A stretch of DNA of 23,201 nucleotides, taken from Armatimonadota bacterium (lineage in GTDB: Bacteria > Armatimonadota > Armatimonadia > Armatimonadales > Armatimonadaceae). Below, one piece after another: positions 16,149-23,201 of this stretch (position 1 is the stretch's first letter; the number at the start of each line of letters is the position of its first letter). The position numbers were made by a program, and so were the translations under genes. The notes beneath the pieces are model-generated. The model was not told the origin of the DNA. It made no database searches and was given only the letters and a program-made list of their open reading frames with translations. Location of the stretch: the NCBI GenBank assembly GCA_043754515.1, contig JAYUUO010000274.1, positions 1 through 23,201 on the forward strand. Reading direction: 5' to 3'.

Positions 16149-18083
16149 TCAATATCCGGGGGAGACCGCGCGGAAGCCGTACCCGTTGTAGCGGGTCGCG
16201 GGCGCGACTTTACCGCGGTACGTCGCGCGGAAGTAGGTGGGGTTGTTCTCGTACCAGGAGCCGCCGCGCAGAGATCGGAAGTCCCCCCCGCCCGCGCTGA
16301 CCGGGTTGGGACTTGACGCCCGCTGGCGGCGGTAAAACCCGGCGTCGTAAACATCCTCGCACCACTGCCAGGCATTGCCCGCCATATCCAGAACCCCGTA
16401 CGGGGACGCGCCCGCCGGGTAGGACCCGACGGCGCGGGTGCCGACATCGGCGCGGCGTCCGCTCCCGAGCCGCAGGTTGCGCGTGTTCCAGCCGTTCCCC
16501 CACGGGTATATCCGCCCGTCAACGCCCCGCGCGGCCTTCTCCCACTGTGCTTCCGAGGGAAGCCGCAGCCCCGCCCAGCGGCAATAGTCGCGGGCTTCGC
16601 CCCACGTGACATTCACGATCGGATGATCTTTGTTCTGCCAGCCGTCGTTGAACGGCGGCGCGGGCGGCATGGCGCGTTTCGTCGCCTGGCAGTACTCCTC
16701 GAACATGGCGACGGTGACGTCGGTCTTCCCGATCCGGTACTCGGCGAGATATACCCTATGCGCCGGTTTCATATCCTCGCGCCCGCCGTTCTCGCCCCTG
16801 TAAAACTCGCCTTCCAGGATCGTGACCATCTGCTCCTTGTATTCGGCGAGCGTCATAGGCGGCGCGGTCGGTGCCAGCGGCGCGATAACGGGCGCGTGTC
16901 CCGACGGCGGCGGCGCGACCACCCGCTCCAGCGTCACCGGCAGATTCACCGTGCGGCCGCGCAGGAGCGTGACCGACATCAGTTGCCCTTCGTAGCCGGG
17001 CGCGGTGACTTTAACGTCCACGTCCTTTTCCACTTCGGCGGCCAGATCCGCGACGAACACGCCGTTCTCGGCCACCTTTCCCGCCACGGTTACGGTGGCA
17101 TCGGAAGCGTTGGCGGTCACGGCGAGCCGCGCTTTGCCGTCAATCGGCGTCGCCGCGACCGGCTCGTCGGGGGGCGGCGTGACGCTCACGGGGGTACCAG
17201 TCGTTAGCACGAAGCCGTCCGCGCCAGGGCCGTCGAGCGACGGGTACGGCGTCTGATCTTTCTGTTCGCCGAGCCGTACCGCCTTATGAACCTCGCGGCT
17301 GACATAGGTCGCGAGCGACGCCAGCGTCACCCGCCCGCCCGCGTCCGCCGCCTTCCCCCGCAAACCCTGCTCCAGATAGTATGAGAAGTAGCCGCGCCCC
17401 TTCTCCGTCCATTCGTAGGAACGTTCATCCGGCCCGCACGAGTAGAACGTCGCCGCGACGAGCGACGCGGCGGGTGAATCGCCTGTGGCCGCCGCGCTTT
17501 TCTTGAAGTCCAGCCCGCGAGCGACGGAGCGTGTCATGTTGTTGTCGGACGAAACGGCGGTCTTGCCGGTTTTGAGCGGGCTGGAGCGGCACATGTCGAA
17601 CGCGAGAACCAGCGCCCGCGCCTTGATCTGCGCGAGTCGTTGTCGGAACTTGCCGACCGGGAGCGCGCTGTCGGCGAGCGATTCGGCGTCGAACGCCGTG
17701 GTGTCATAGGGGAGCAGATACGGCACGCCCGCGACCTCCATGCCGTGCCCGCCGTAGAGCACGAACACCGTGTCGCCGGGCGCGGCGTTCTGAGCCAGCC
17801 GCGCCAGTTCGGTCAGGATGTTGGAGCGCGTCGGTTTGACGTCGCCGTCGGAGACGAGTAGGCGGATATTGGCGTCGGGGAAGTTCGCGGCCTCGACCAG
17901 CGCGGCTTTCAGGGAGCGGGCGTCGGCGGCGGCACCCCCGAGCGCGTTGATGCGCCCCTGATCTTCGTAGCGGTCAATGCCGATCAGGAGCGCCCAGTTG
18001 TCGGCGCGGGCGGAGGCGGGCGGAATCAGGGCGAGAATTACCGCCATTAGTATGGTGGCGGAAAGACGGAGGTTAGCTCTCAT
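16149..18083 (-). CDS. Exported caspase-family protease with PEGA-like domain and C-terminal FGE-sulfatase domain
   Basis: Signal peptide ending ARA-DN; WALLIGIDRY, YGGHG, FDMCRS; PEGA-like ARLAVTANASDATVTVAG...APGYE; FGE motifs HPIVNVTW, RLPSEAQWEKAARG, DMAGNAWQWC, RGGSW, GFRAV. Confidence 0.92.
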   Translation of the reverse strand: MRANLRLSATILMAVILALIPPASARADNWALLIGIDRYEDQGRINALGGAAADARSLKAALVEAANFPDANIRLLVSDGDVKPTRSNILTELARLAQNAAPGDTVFVLYGGHGMEVAGVPYLLPYDTTAFDAESLADSALPVGKFRQRLAQIKARALVLAFDMCRSSPLKTGKTAVSSDNNMTRSVARGLDFKKSAAATGDSPAASLVAATFYSCGPDERSYEWTEKGRGYFSYYLEQGLRGKAADAGGRVTLASLATYVSREVHKAVRLGEQKDQTPYPSLDGPGADGFVLTTGTPVSVTPPPDEPVAATPIDGKARLAVTANASDATVTVAGKVAENGVFVADLAAEVEKDVDVKVTAPGYEGQLMSVTLLRGRTVNLPVTLERVVAPPPSGHAPVIAPLAPTAPPMTLAEYKEQMVTILEGEFYRGENGGREDMKPAHRVYLAEYRIGKTDVTVAMFEEYCQATKRAMPPAPPFNDGWQNKDHPIVNVTWGEARDYCRWAGLRLPSEAQWEKAARGVDGRIYPWGNGWNTRNLRLGSGRRADVGTRAVGSYPAGASPYGVLDMAGNAWQWCEDVYDAGFYRRQRASSPNPVSAGGGDFRSLRGGSWYENNPTYFRATYRGKVAPATRYNGYGFRAVSPGY

Positions 18084-18111
18084 GGGATGGATTGCTTTCG
18101 CGCGACACGGC

Positions 18112-19896
18112 TCACGGCGCGAGGCCGAGCGACTTGAACACCCAGTGGTTTTTGGCAGGCTCGCCCAGTTCGAGTGCTTTCTTCGCGTAGGGCGTGGCTT
18201 CCGCGCGCCGGTTCTGGTTGACGAGTGCCCCGGCCAGGTTCGCGTACGCCATGCGGAACGTCGGGTCCAGGCGGATCGCTTCCCGATACTGCGCCTCCGC
18301 CTCGGGTTGTTTCAACTGTGACCCCAGGCATACCCCGAGCTGGTTTCGGTAATTTTTGTTATTCGGTGCCAGGCGTATCGCCTCCTGGTACGCCGCCTCC
18401 GCTTCCACGAACTTCGTTTCGAGCCTTAGCGCGTTCCCCAGGAAATCCCAGACGACCGGGTCCGTGGGTGTCAGGCGGGTGGCCTCACGGAGCGGCACTT
18501 CGGCTTCCAGGTACTTCGTTTCCCCGTAAAGGGCGCGGCCCAGCCAGAACTGGTTCGGGCCGCTCGGGTCGAGGTGCACCGCCTCGCGCATCTCCTTCTC
18601 TGCCTCCGCGAACTCGCCGTTGAGGGACAGAATCGAGCCGAGCCAGTTCCGATACATCGCCGTTGTAGGCGCGAGTCGGATGGCCTCGCGGTAGAGCGGG
18701 ATCGCATCGGCGTACTTGCCCTGTCGGTACAGGCAGAAGCCGAGGTTACCCTGCATCACCGCGTCGCCGGGCGCGGCGGACGCCGCCAGGCGGTAATGCG
18801 GCTCCGCTTCGGCGTACCGCGCCTCCCCGTCCAGCGCGACGGCGAGCTGGTTGTGATACAGGGCACTATCCGGGTCCGTTTCTAACGCGAGGCGGTAAGC
18901 GGTTTCGGCGTCCGTCCACTTTTTATCCGCCAGTGCCTTGTTCCCGCGCGCCGCGTATTGCGCACCCGCCGATTGTTTGCTCTGTGACTGTGGGAGTGTC
19001 GCGACCGGGGGCGGGACGAGGGCGACGGGCGCGGCGGCCCGTGTGAAGGCGAAATCAACGGTCAGGGACGACTCATCCCAGGGGACCTGCTCGCCGTTGC
19101 TTTTGTCAATCACCACCTGGCGTGTCTTCTTGAACACCTGCTCAATGGACAGGCCGGGCGTCTGTAAGGACTCCAGGAGCGTCGCCGCGTACAGGCCGTT
19201 GTCGCTCGCGGTGTGTCCTGGCGCGGTCGCGTACGCGATGAACGAGCCGAGGGGCGCGTCGAGTTTCGCGAGTCCTCTGCCGCCGACGGAGCGGGTTTTG
19301 AGGTAGGGGTTGTTGCGGCAGGCGTCGAGGATCACGACGCTCATCCGGCATTTGGCGTCCTGCATCTCGTCGAGAACGCGTTGCGTGGGCAGGGAATCGT
19401 ACTCGATGTCGCGCTCGGTGTGTAGCGCGAAGCCGATCGGGATCAGGTAGTTCGTCCCCCGCACCTGCGCGCCGTGCCCGGAGTAGTAGAACAGAGCCAC
19501 CGTGCCCGGCCCGCGCGCCCGTATCGCGTCGCTGAAATCCGCCAGGTCGCCGCCCATCTCGCGGTTCGTGCGGTCGAGACGTAGCAACACCGTGAACCCC
19601 ATTTTTTGTAAGGCGTTCGCGAGCGAATGGGCATCGTTGACCGGGTTCATCAGCGCGTTGCTACCGTCGTAGTTCGTGTTCCCGATGATGAGCGCGACGC
19701 GCGGCTCGGCCGCGGCGACGGCGGCGTCCGCCTCCAGCCACTGTTTCCGGTCGGTTGCGCCTTGCGCTTTCGGCACCGGGGCCTGGGGCTGGGGGTCCGC
19801 CACTTGCGCGATAGCGGCCGATAGAGGGAAGGCCGCGAGCAGGGTGAGTACCACCCCAGCGCGGGTCATAGGACCGAAAACACGGCGTCTGTCCAA
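18112..19896 (-). CDS. Exported caspase-family (ortho/paracaspase-like) protease with C-terminal TPR repeats
   Basis: TTG start with AAGGAG 9 nt upstream; signal peptide ending AIAQ; RVALIIGNTNY...LMNPVNDA, YYSGHG, ILDACRNNP, FIAYATAPG, EQVPW; about 8 canonical TPRs (e.g. YADAIPLYREAIRLAP). Confidence 0.93.
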   Translation of the reverse strand: MDRRRVFGPMTRAGVVLTLLAAFPLSAAIAQVADPQPQAPVPKAQGATDRKQWLEADAAVAAAEPRVALIIGNTNYDGSNALMNPVNDAHSLANALQKMGFTVLLRLDRTNREMGGDLADFSDAIRARGPGTVALFYYSGHGAQVRGTNYLIPIGFALHTERDIEYDSLPTQRVLDEMQDAKCRMSVVILDACRNNPYLKTRSVGGRGLAKLDAPLGSFIAYATAPGHTASDNGLYAATLLESLQTPGLSIEQVFKKTRQVVIDKSNGEQVPWDESSLTVDFAFTRAAAPVALVPPPVATLPQSQSKQSAGAQYAARGNKALADKKWTDAETAYRLALETDPDSALYHNQLAVALDGEARYAEAEPHYRLAASAAPGDAVMQGNLGFCLYRQGKYADAIPLYREAIRLAPTTAMYRNWLGSILSLNGEFAEAEKEMREAVHLDPSGPNQFWLGRALYGETKYLEAEVPLREATRLTPTDPVVWDFLGNALRLETKFVEAEAAYQEAIRLAPNNKNYRNQLGVCLGSQLKQPEAEAQYREAIRLDPTFRMAYANLAGALVNQNRRAEATPYAKKALELGEPAKNHWVFKSLGLAP

Positions 19897-19919
19897 CTGC
19901 GATTACTCCTTCGCGGGAA

Positions 19920-19965
19920 TAGAAAAATCGCCCGCCGGGGATAGTGTATCCCATCCCCGGCGAGC
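19920..19965 (-). terminator. Intrinsic terminator-like hairpin inside the array
   Basis: The minus strand reads GCTCGCCGGGGAT-loop-ATCCCCGGCGGGC then GATTTTTCTATT, starting 8 nt after the stop at 19974 and just before the RBS of the caspase-TPR gene. Confidence 0.6.
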
Positions 19966-19973
19966 CGAACCGA

Positions 19974-21275
19974 TCAGGGCGCGGTTTTGATGGTACCCAG
20001 GGGTGTCTGTACCGTTTTCGAGCCGCGCGATTTCTCCGCCGGTGCCGCGGAGCCCGTTTTGCCGTCGGCGGGCACTACCGGCAGTTTCAGCGAAAGCGCG
20101 ACCCACGTTCCGGGCGCGTCCCGTTTCATCATGCCGAGGATACGCTCGGTCTCCTCGTCCAACTTCCCTTTCGTCGGCGCGACCGCGACCGGGGCGACCC
20201 CGACCGCCCCGCCGATCACCGCGACCGGCGCGCCCGCCGAGATTGTGTCCGGGACGCCGTACGGGGGCAAATCGGGAACGCCGTACTGCGGCGTGTCCGG
20301 CTCCAGCGCGCCCGGCAGGAGCGCGACCCCGCGCATCGAGAGGAGCGTGACGCCCGGCACGGCGACGTTCGCTTTGTCCGCGTCCTTGCGGCGGAGCAGG
20401 ATCACCCATTCCGTCGCGCCCGACTTCGGCGCGATAAACGGCGAGTTCGGCGGCAGGGTGACGGCGCGGCCCGGCGATCCGTCCAGCGGCTCGTTCTGCG
20501 CGTAGGGCGAGGACGGCTTGCCGTTCACACCCAGCGACAGGATATAGATCGTGCCCGCGTCCTGCGGCGAAACGCGGAGCCGGTACTTCTCGCCCGGTAG
20601 CAGCGTGTTACGTGGCTGCGCGTTCCCCGCGCCCTCGGTGATGACGTCCGCCGTTAATCGGGGGGACGCCGTCGCGGTTTTGATCAGGGCATTGTAGACC
20701 TCGGGCGGCGTGCCGCCGCCGCCGCCCGCCTTTACGCCGCCGGACGCGCCGCCGACCACGGTCGCGATGCGGCTTGCCAGTTCCCCGGCGAGGCCGAGAG
20801 TGCTGACCCCCGCGTCCTTGCCGATGTTGCCGGTCAAATCGCGCAAGCCGCGCGCCGTCCCCGCCCACTGGCCGACGAGGTGCCGACCGTTCCCACCGGC
20901 GTGGAAGAGGCGCACGACGCACAGATACGCCTCGTTGCCGCTCCGTTCGCCTTCGAGTTGCGACAGTTCGCCCTCGATGGTGAATGCGTCGCCACGGCTC
21001 GCCGCGCCGCTCTCCGGGGTGAACCGGCCTTTCGACGATTCCGAGAGTGCCTTGCGGAGTGCGACCGAGAACCGCTCGTTGATCGGCACGCCGTCCGGGC
21101 CTTTGGGCGTCGCGCCGCCGGGGTTTTCCAGCGACTTGACGCGCACGACGATCCCGCCGGGTGCCTCGGCGGCGCGGGCGATTCCGGGGTGCAGGACGCC
21201 GGTACTCAGCACCGCCCCTCCGGTTAGTAATAGGGCGCATGCGAGCACGCCCGTTGACTTCAGATTCATTAACAT
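19974..21275 (-). CDS. Exported non-protease protein: alpha/beta N-terminal domain (possibly CsgG/FlgO/TolB-N-like) plus DUF4384-like domain
   Basis: AAGGA RBS; signal peptide ending ARA-AE; N-domain FSVALRKALSE...FTIEGELSQL...YLCVVRLF; DUF4384-like LLPGEKYRLRVSPQDAGTIYILSLGVNGK...VTLP; no HG/DxC dyad. Confidence 0.75.
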   Translation of the reverse strand: MLMNLKSTGVLACALLLTGGAVLSTGVLHPGIARAAEAPGGIVVRVKSLENPGGATPKGPDGVPINERFSVALRKALSESSKGRFTPESGAASRGDAFTIEGELSQLEGERSGNEAYLCVVRLFHAGGNGRHLVGQWAGTARGLRDLTGNIGKDAGVSTLGLAGELASRIATVVGGASGGVKAGGGGGTPPEVYNALIKTATASPRLTADVITEGAGNAQPRNTLLPGEKYRLRVSPQDAGTIYILSLGVNGKPSSPYAQNEPLDGSPGRAVTLPPNSPFIAPKSGATEWVILLRRKDADKANVAVPGVTLLSMRGVALLPGALEPDTPQYGVPDLPPYGVPDTISAGAPVAVIGGAVGVAPVAVAPTKGKLDEETERILGMMKRDAPGTWVALSLKLPVVPADGKTGSAAPAEKSRGSKTVQTPLGTIKTAP

Positions 21276-21415
21276 GGTTCCTTCAGCCGCGTCAGTCGCG
21301 GGGAAAATAGAGTGGGGGACTTGCCCGCCCGTCAGCGCGTCCTGGTATGCGCGTTTCGCTTCTACCGCGCGGTTGACCGGCGCGAGCGGGTATGTTCCCC
21401 GAATGCTTCCGTTTC

Positions 21416-21467
21416 ATCGCCCCAGAAAGGCGATACGGGGACGGGTCGCGCCACGGCTCCCGTCCCC
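21416..21467 (-). terminator. Two tandem stem-loops downstream of the caspase-DUF4384 gene
   Basis: GGGGACGGG (21437-21445)/CCCGTCCCC (21459-21467), 10 nt after the stop at 21478, plus ATCGCC/GGCGAT (21416-21434). Confidence 0.45.
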
Positions 21468-21477
21468 CTCGTTCGCT

Positions 21478-22944
21478 CTACGGCGCGGCGACGCCGGGGG
21501 CGGCGGATCCCGTGTTCGCGGACCCGGTGTTCGCGTCCACGATCTGCGTGATCACTTCCGAGGTCGCGTAGTTGACGCCAGGGTTCGTGCGGTCCGCCGG
21601 CTCAACCCATTCGCGGATGCCCATCTTGCTCTGCCGGATCGCGCCGCGCGAGAACGTGCGCATGAACTTGCGCGCCGCGTCGGGCGCGGTGAAGAGCATC
21701 GCCTTCACGCTGTCGGTGCCGACCGCGTCGTTGACGAAAGAGCCGCTTGGTTTTTTCGGGACGCCGATGTTGCTCCCCGCCGTCACCTGCGCCGCCGAGA
21801 TCTCCGCGTTCGCGCCGCGCGGGAACAGGAGCGTCAGCTTGCCCTTCGGGTCGCGCCCGATCACGATCAGGTAGCCGCTCGCGCCGACCGAAATGTCGAA
21901 GCGGATTTGTGTCTGGTTGACCACCACGGGCGAGGTCGCGGGGCGGAACACGAGCGATATTTTCGATGGGTCGGGCGCGGACAGCGCGTACAGTTTCTCC
22001 AGCGTCAGCGGCTGCGGTTGCGGCGGTGTCGGCTCGCTCCCGCCGGGCTGGTCGAACGCGACGCGTTGCAGGTAGTCAGTGGGGTACAGGAGCGGCTTCT
22101 GCTCGCCCTCCGTGGCGTCCGAAACGTCGCGGCTGACCGTCGCGCTCAGATCCTGCCACAGGCTGCGCTTCCCGGTCATGTTCCTCGCGAGGCTGTAGGT
22201 GAACACGCCGTGCGTCTCGCCCCCGAGCTGGGTTTCGGCGGCGACCTGTGTCTTCAGGGCGGCGGTGAAGTAGCAGATGCTCCCGTCCGGCGGCAACTGT
22301 TTCTTCAAATCGTCCGCGCCGTTGGTCTCGACTTCCTTCCACTCCTTCGTGCCGCGCTTCTTGGTGCGCACATAAAAGCGGGGCACGCGGTTCTTGAAGC
22401 TCTTCAGTCCCTTCAGGTCGCGCACCATCCCGCCCGAGTGGCAGGAGTCGAGGACGATGGTTTTGCTACCGCTCGGCAACGCCTTGACCGCCTCGTACAG
22501 TTCGGTGGTCTGGATGTCGTGATCTTCGGAGCCGTCCCGCGCGTCGCCGGGCAGGATTACAGAGTCGCCGCTGCTACCGACGGTGCCGTGTCCGGCGAAG
22601 TAGAACACCACGCGGTCGCGGTTCGTGACCCTGGTGGAGAGCGAGTGGATCGCGGCGAGAATGGCGTCGTGCGACGCTTCGGCGTCGGTCAGTATCACGA
22701 TGTTGGACGAGGAAAAGCCGTACGCGGGCAGTCTGCTGGCGAACAGCCGCGCGTCGCCGTCGCACCCGTTCAGGTTCGATCCGGGGCGTAGGCCGGGGTA
22801 CTGATTAACTCCGCAGACGATGGCATAGTCGGCGGCATGCGCGGCGGGCGCGGCGAGCACGGCGGCGAGTCCGGCGGCGACGGCCCCGGCGACGGGGGAG
22901 TAGCGCGGCAAGCGGCTTAACGAACGGTAGAGTGTTGAAAACAT
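21478..22944 (-). CDS. Exported caspase-family (metacaspase-like) protease with C-terminal DUF4384-like domain; paralog of 3156..4592
   Basis: GGAGG RBS; signal peptide ending AHA-AD; AIVCGVNQYP...LNGCDGDA, FAGHG, VLDSCHSG, HGVFTYSL; tail IRFDISVGASGYLIVIGRDPKGKLTLLFP. Confidence 0.92.
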   Translation of the reverse strand: MFSTLYRSLSRLPRYSPVAGAVAAGLAAVLAAPAAHAADYAIVCGVNQYPGLRPGSNLNGCDGDARLFASRLPAYGFSSSNIVILTDAEASHDAILAAIHSLSTRVTNRDRVVFYFAGHGTVGSSGDSVILPGDARDGSEDHDIQTTELYEAVKALPSGSKTIVLDSCHSGGMVRDLKGLKSFKNRVPRFYVRTKKRGTKEWKEVETNGADDLKKQLPPDGSICYFTAALKTQVAAETQLGGETHGVFTYSLARNMTGKRSLWQDLSATVSRDVSDATEGEQKPLLYPTDYLQRVAFDQPGGSEPTPPQPQPLTLEKLYALSAPDPSKISLVFRPATSPVVVNQTQIRFDISVGASGYLIVIGRDPKGKLTLLFPRGANAEISAAQVTAGSNIGVPKKPSGSFVNDAVGTDSVKAMLFTAPDAARKFMRTFSRGAIRQSKMGIREWVEPADRTNPGVNYATSEVITQIVDANTGSANTGSAAPGVAAP

Positions 22945-23000
22945 ACAGAGTCCTCCAGATTGATTACGAACGGTCGCTGCCGGGCAGTCCCGACAGCAGT

Positions 23001-23006
23001 AGTATA
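23001..23006 (-). promoter_or_regulatory. Candidate -10 element TATACT upstream of the caspase-DUF4384 gene
   Basis: TATACT on the minus strand about 56 nt upstream of ATG 22944; the -35 match is poor. Confidence 0.3.
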
Positions 23007-23046
23007 GTACACGCGGGGAGGCGTGTGCTACGTGCGGGAACGCACA

Positions 23047-23070
23047 TTAAAAGAGTGATCATTGTCACTC
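23047..23070 (-). terminator. Short hairpin GAGTGA-N6-TCACTC plus TTTT (weak terminator; alternatively a CRP/FNR-like operator)
   Basis: Perfect 6-bp inverted repeat 2 nt after the stop at 23073, followed by TTTTAA on the minus strand. Confidence 0.4.
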
Positions 23071-23072
23071 CG

Positions 23073-23201
23073 TCACTTTTGCTTCAGCGCGACCGGGAAA
23101 TCGGGCACCGTCGCGGGCTTGGTCGTGGTCGGCGTCTGCGTGCCCTTCGTCAGTGCTTTCACCCGCTCCGAGATATACAGGTCGAGCATATTGATCGTGA
23201 T
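23073..23201 (-). CDS. 3' end of an upstream gene: C-terminus of a caspase-family protein (not in the ORF track)
   Basis: Manual translation of the minus strand from 23201 gives ITINMLDLYISERVKALTKGTQTPTTTKPATVPDFPVALKQK*. This matches the caspase C-terminal I...L..Y...V...T...QxP motif, also seen here as VSVDGLYRYVYTQL...QTP and LATYVSREVHK...QTP. Confidence 0.75.
   Translation of the reverse strand: MTINMLDLYISERVKALTKGTQTPTTTKPATVPDFPVALKQK

Noticed and set aside
16149..16300. Diversity-generating retroelement variable region at the FGE C-terminus
   Set aside because: No reverse transcriptase and no near-identical template repeat differing only at adenines in the window; the two FGE ends are too divergent to be a VR/TR pair.
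16112..16612. N-terminal extension of the 874-aa ORF
   Set aside because: Overlaps the FGE domain of 16149..18083; the signal peptide begins at ATG 16111/16102. No slippery site supporting a frameshift fusion was noticed.
20710..22791. 693-aa + strand ORF
   Set aside because: Antisense shadow of two well-supported minus-strand genes; Arg/Ala/Pro-rich with no recognisable motifs, as expected in high-GC DNA.
3156..22944. Assignment to known gasdermin, Craspase or CARD-NLR anti-phage systems
   Set aside because: No gasdermin, Cas, CHAT or STAND NTPase gene is visible, and the proteases appear exported.

Overview
High-GC bacterial DNA (roughly 65-70% GC by eye; gene content is reminiscent of Armatimonadota/Planctomycetota, which is inference only). 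Positions 3156-23201 hold a single minus-strand array of about 11 genes for mostly signal-peptide-bearing (exported) proteins. Six complete genes encode caspase-like (peptidase C14) proteases with intact His/Cys dyads, each fused to a C-terminal module (DUF4384-like x2, PEGA+FGE-sulfatase x2, TPR, PEGA+TPR-like helical repeats). A seventh caspase C-terminus enters at the right edge, and a probable eighth paralog (PEGA linker plus a different tail) is cut at the left edge on the + strand. Interspersed are a stand-alone DUF4384-like adaptor, a GH26-like glycoside hydrolase with the same DUF4384-like tail, and a tandem pair of trypsin-like/PQQ-propeller proteins, one catalytically intact with a Tat signal and one apparently inactive. 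A short R-[G/S/D]-hydrophobic motif recurs in linkers of most members, suggesting an extracytoplasmic Arg-specific proteolytic cascade. The left end has a ~430-bp low-GC islet with a small Cys-rich ORF and an ECF sigma factor fused to a degenerate APH/kinase-like domain that keeps its own internal RBS and ATG. No RNA genes, CRISPR arrays, transposases or reverse transcriptase were seen.
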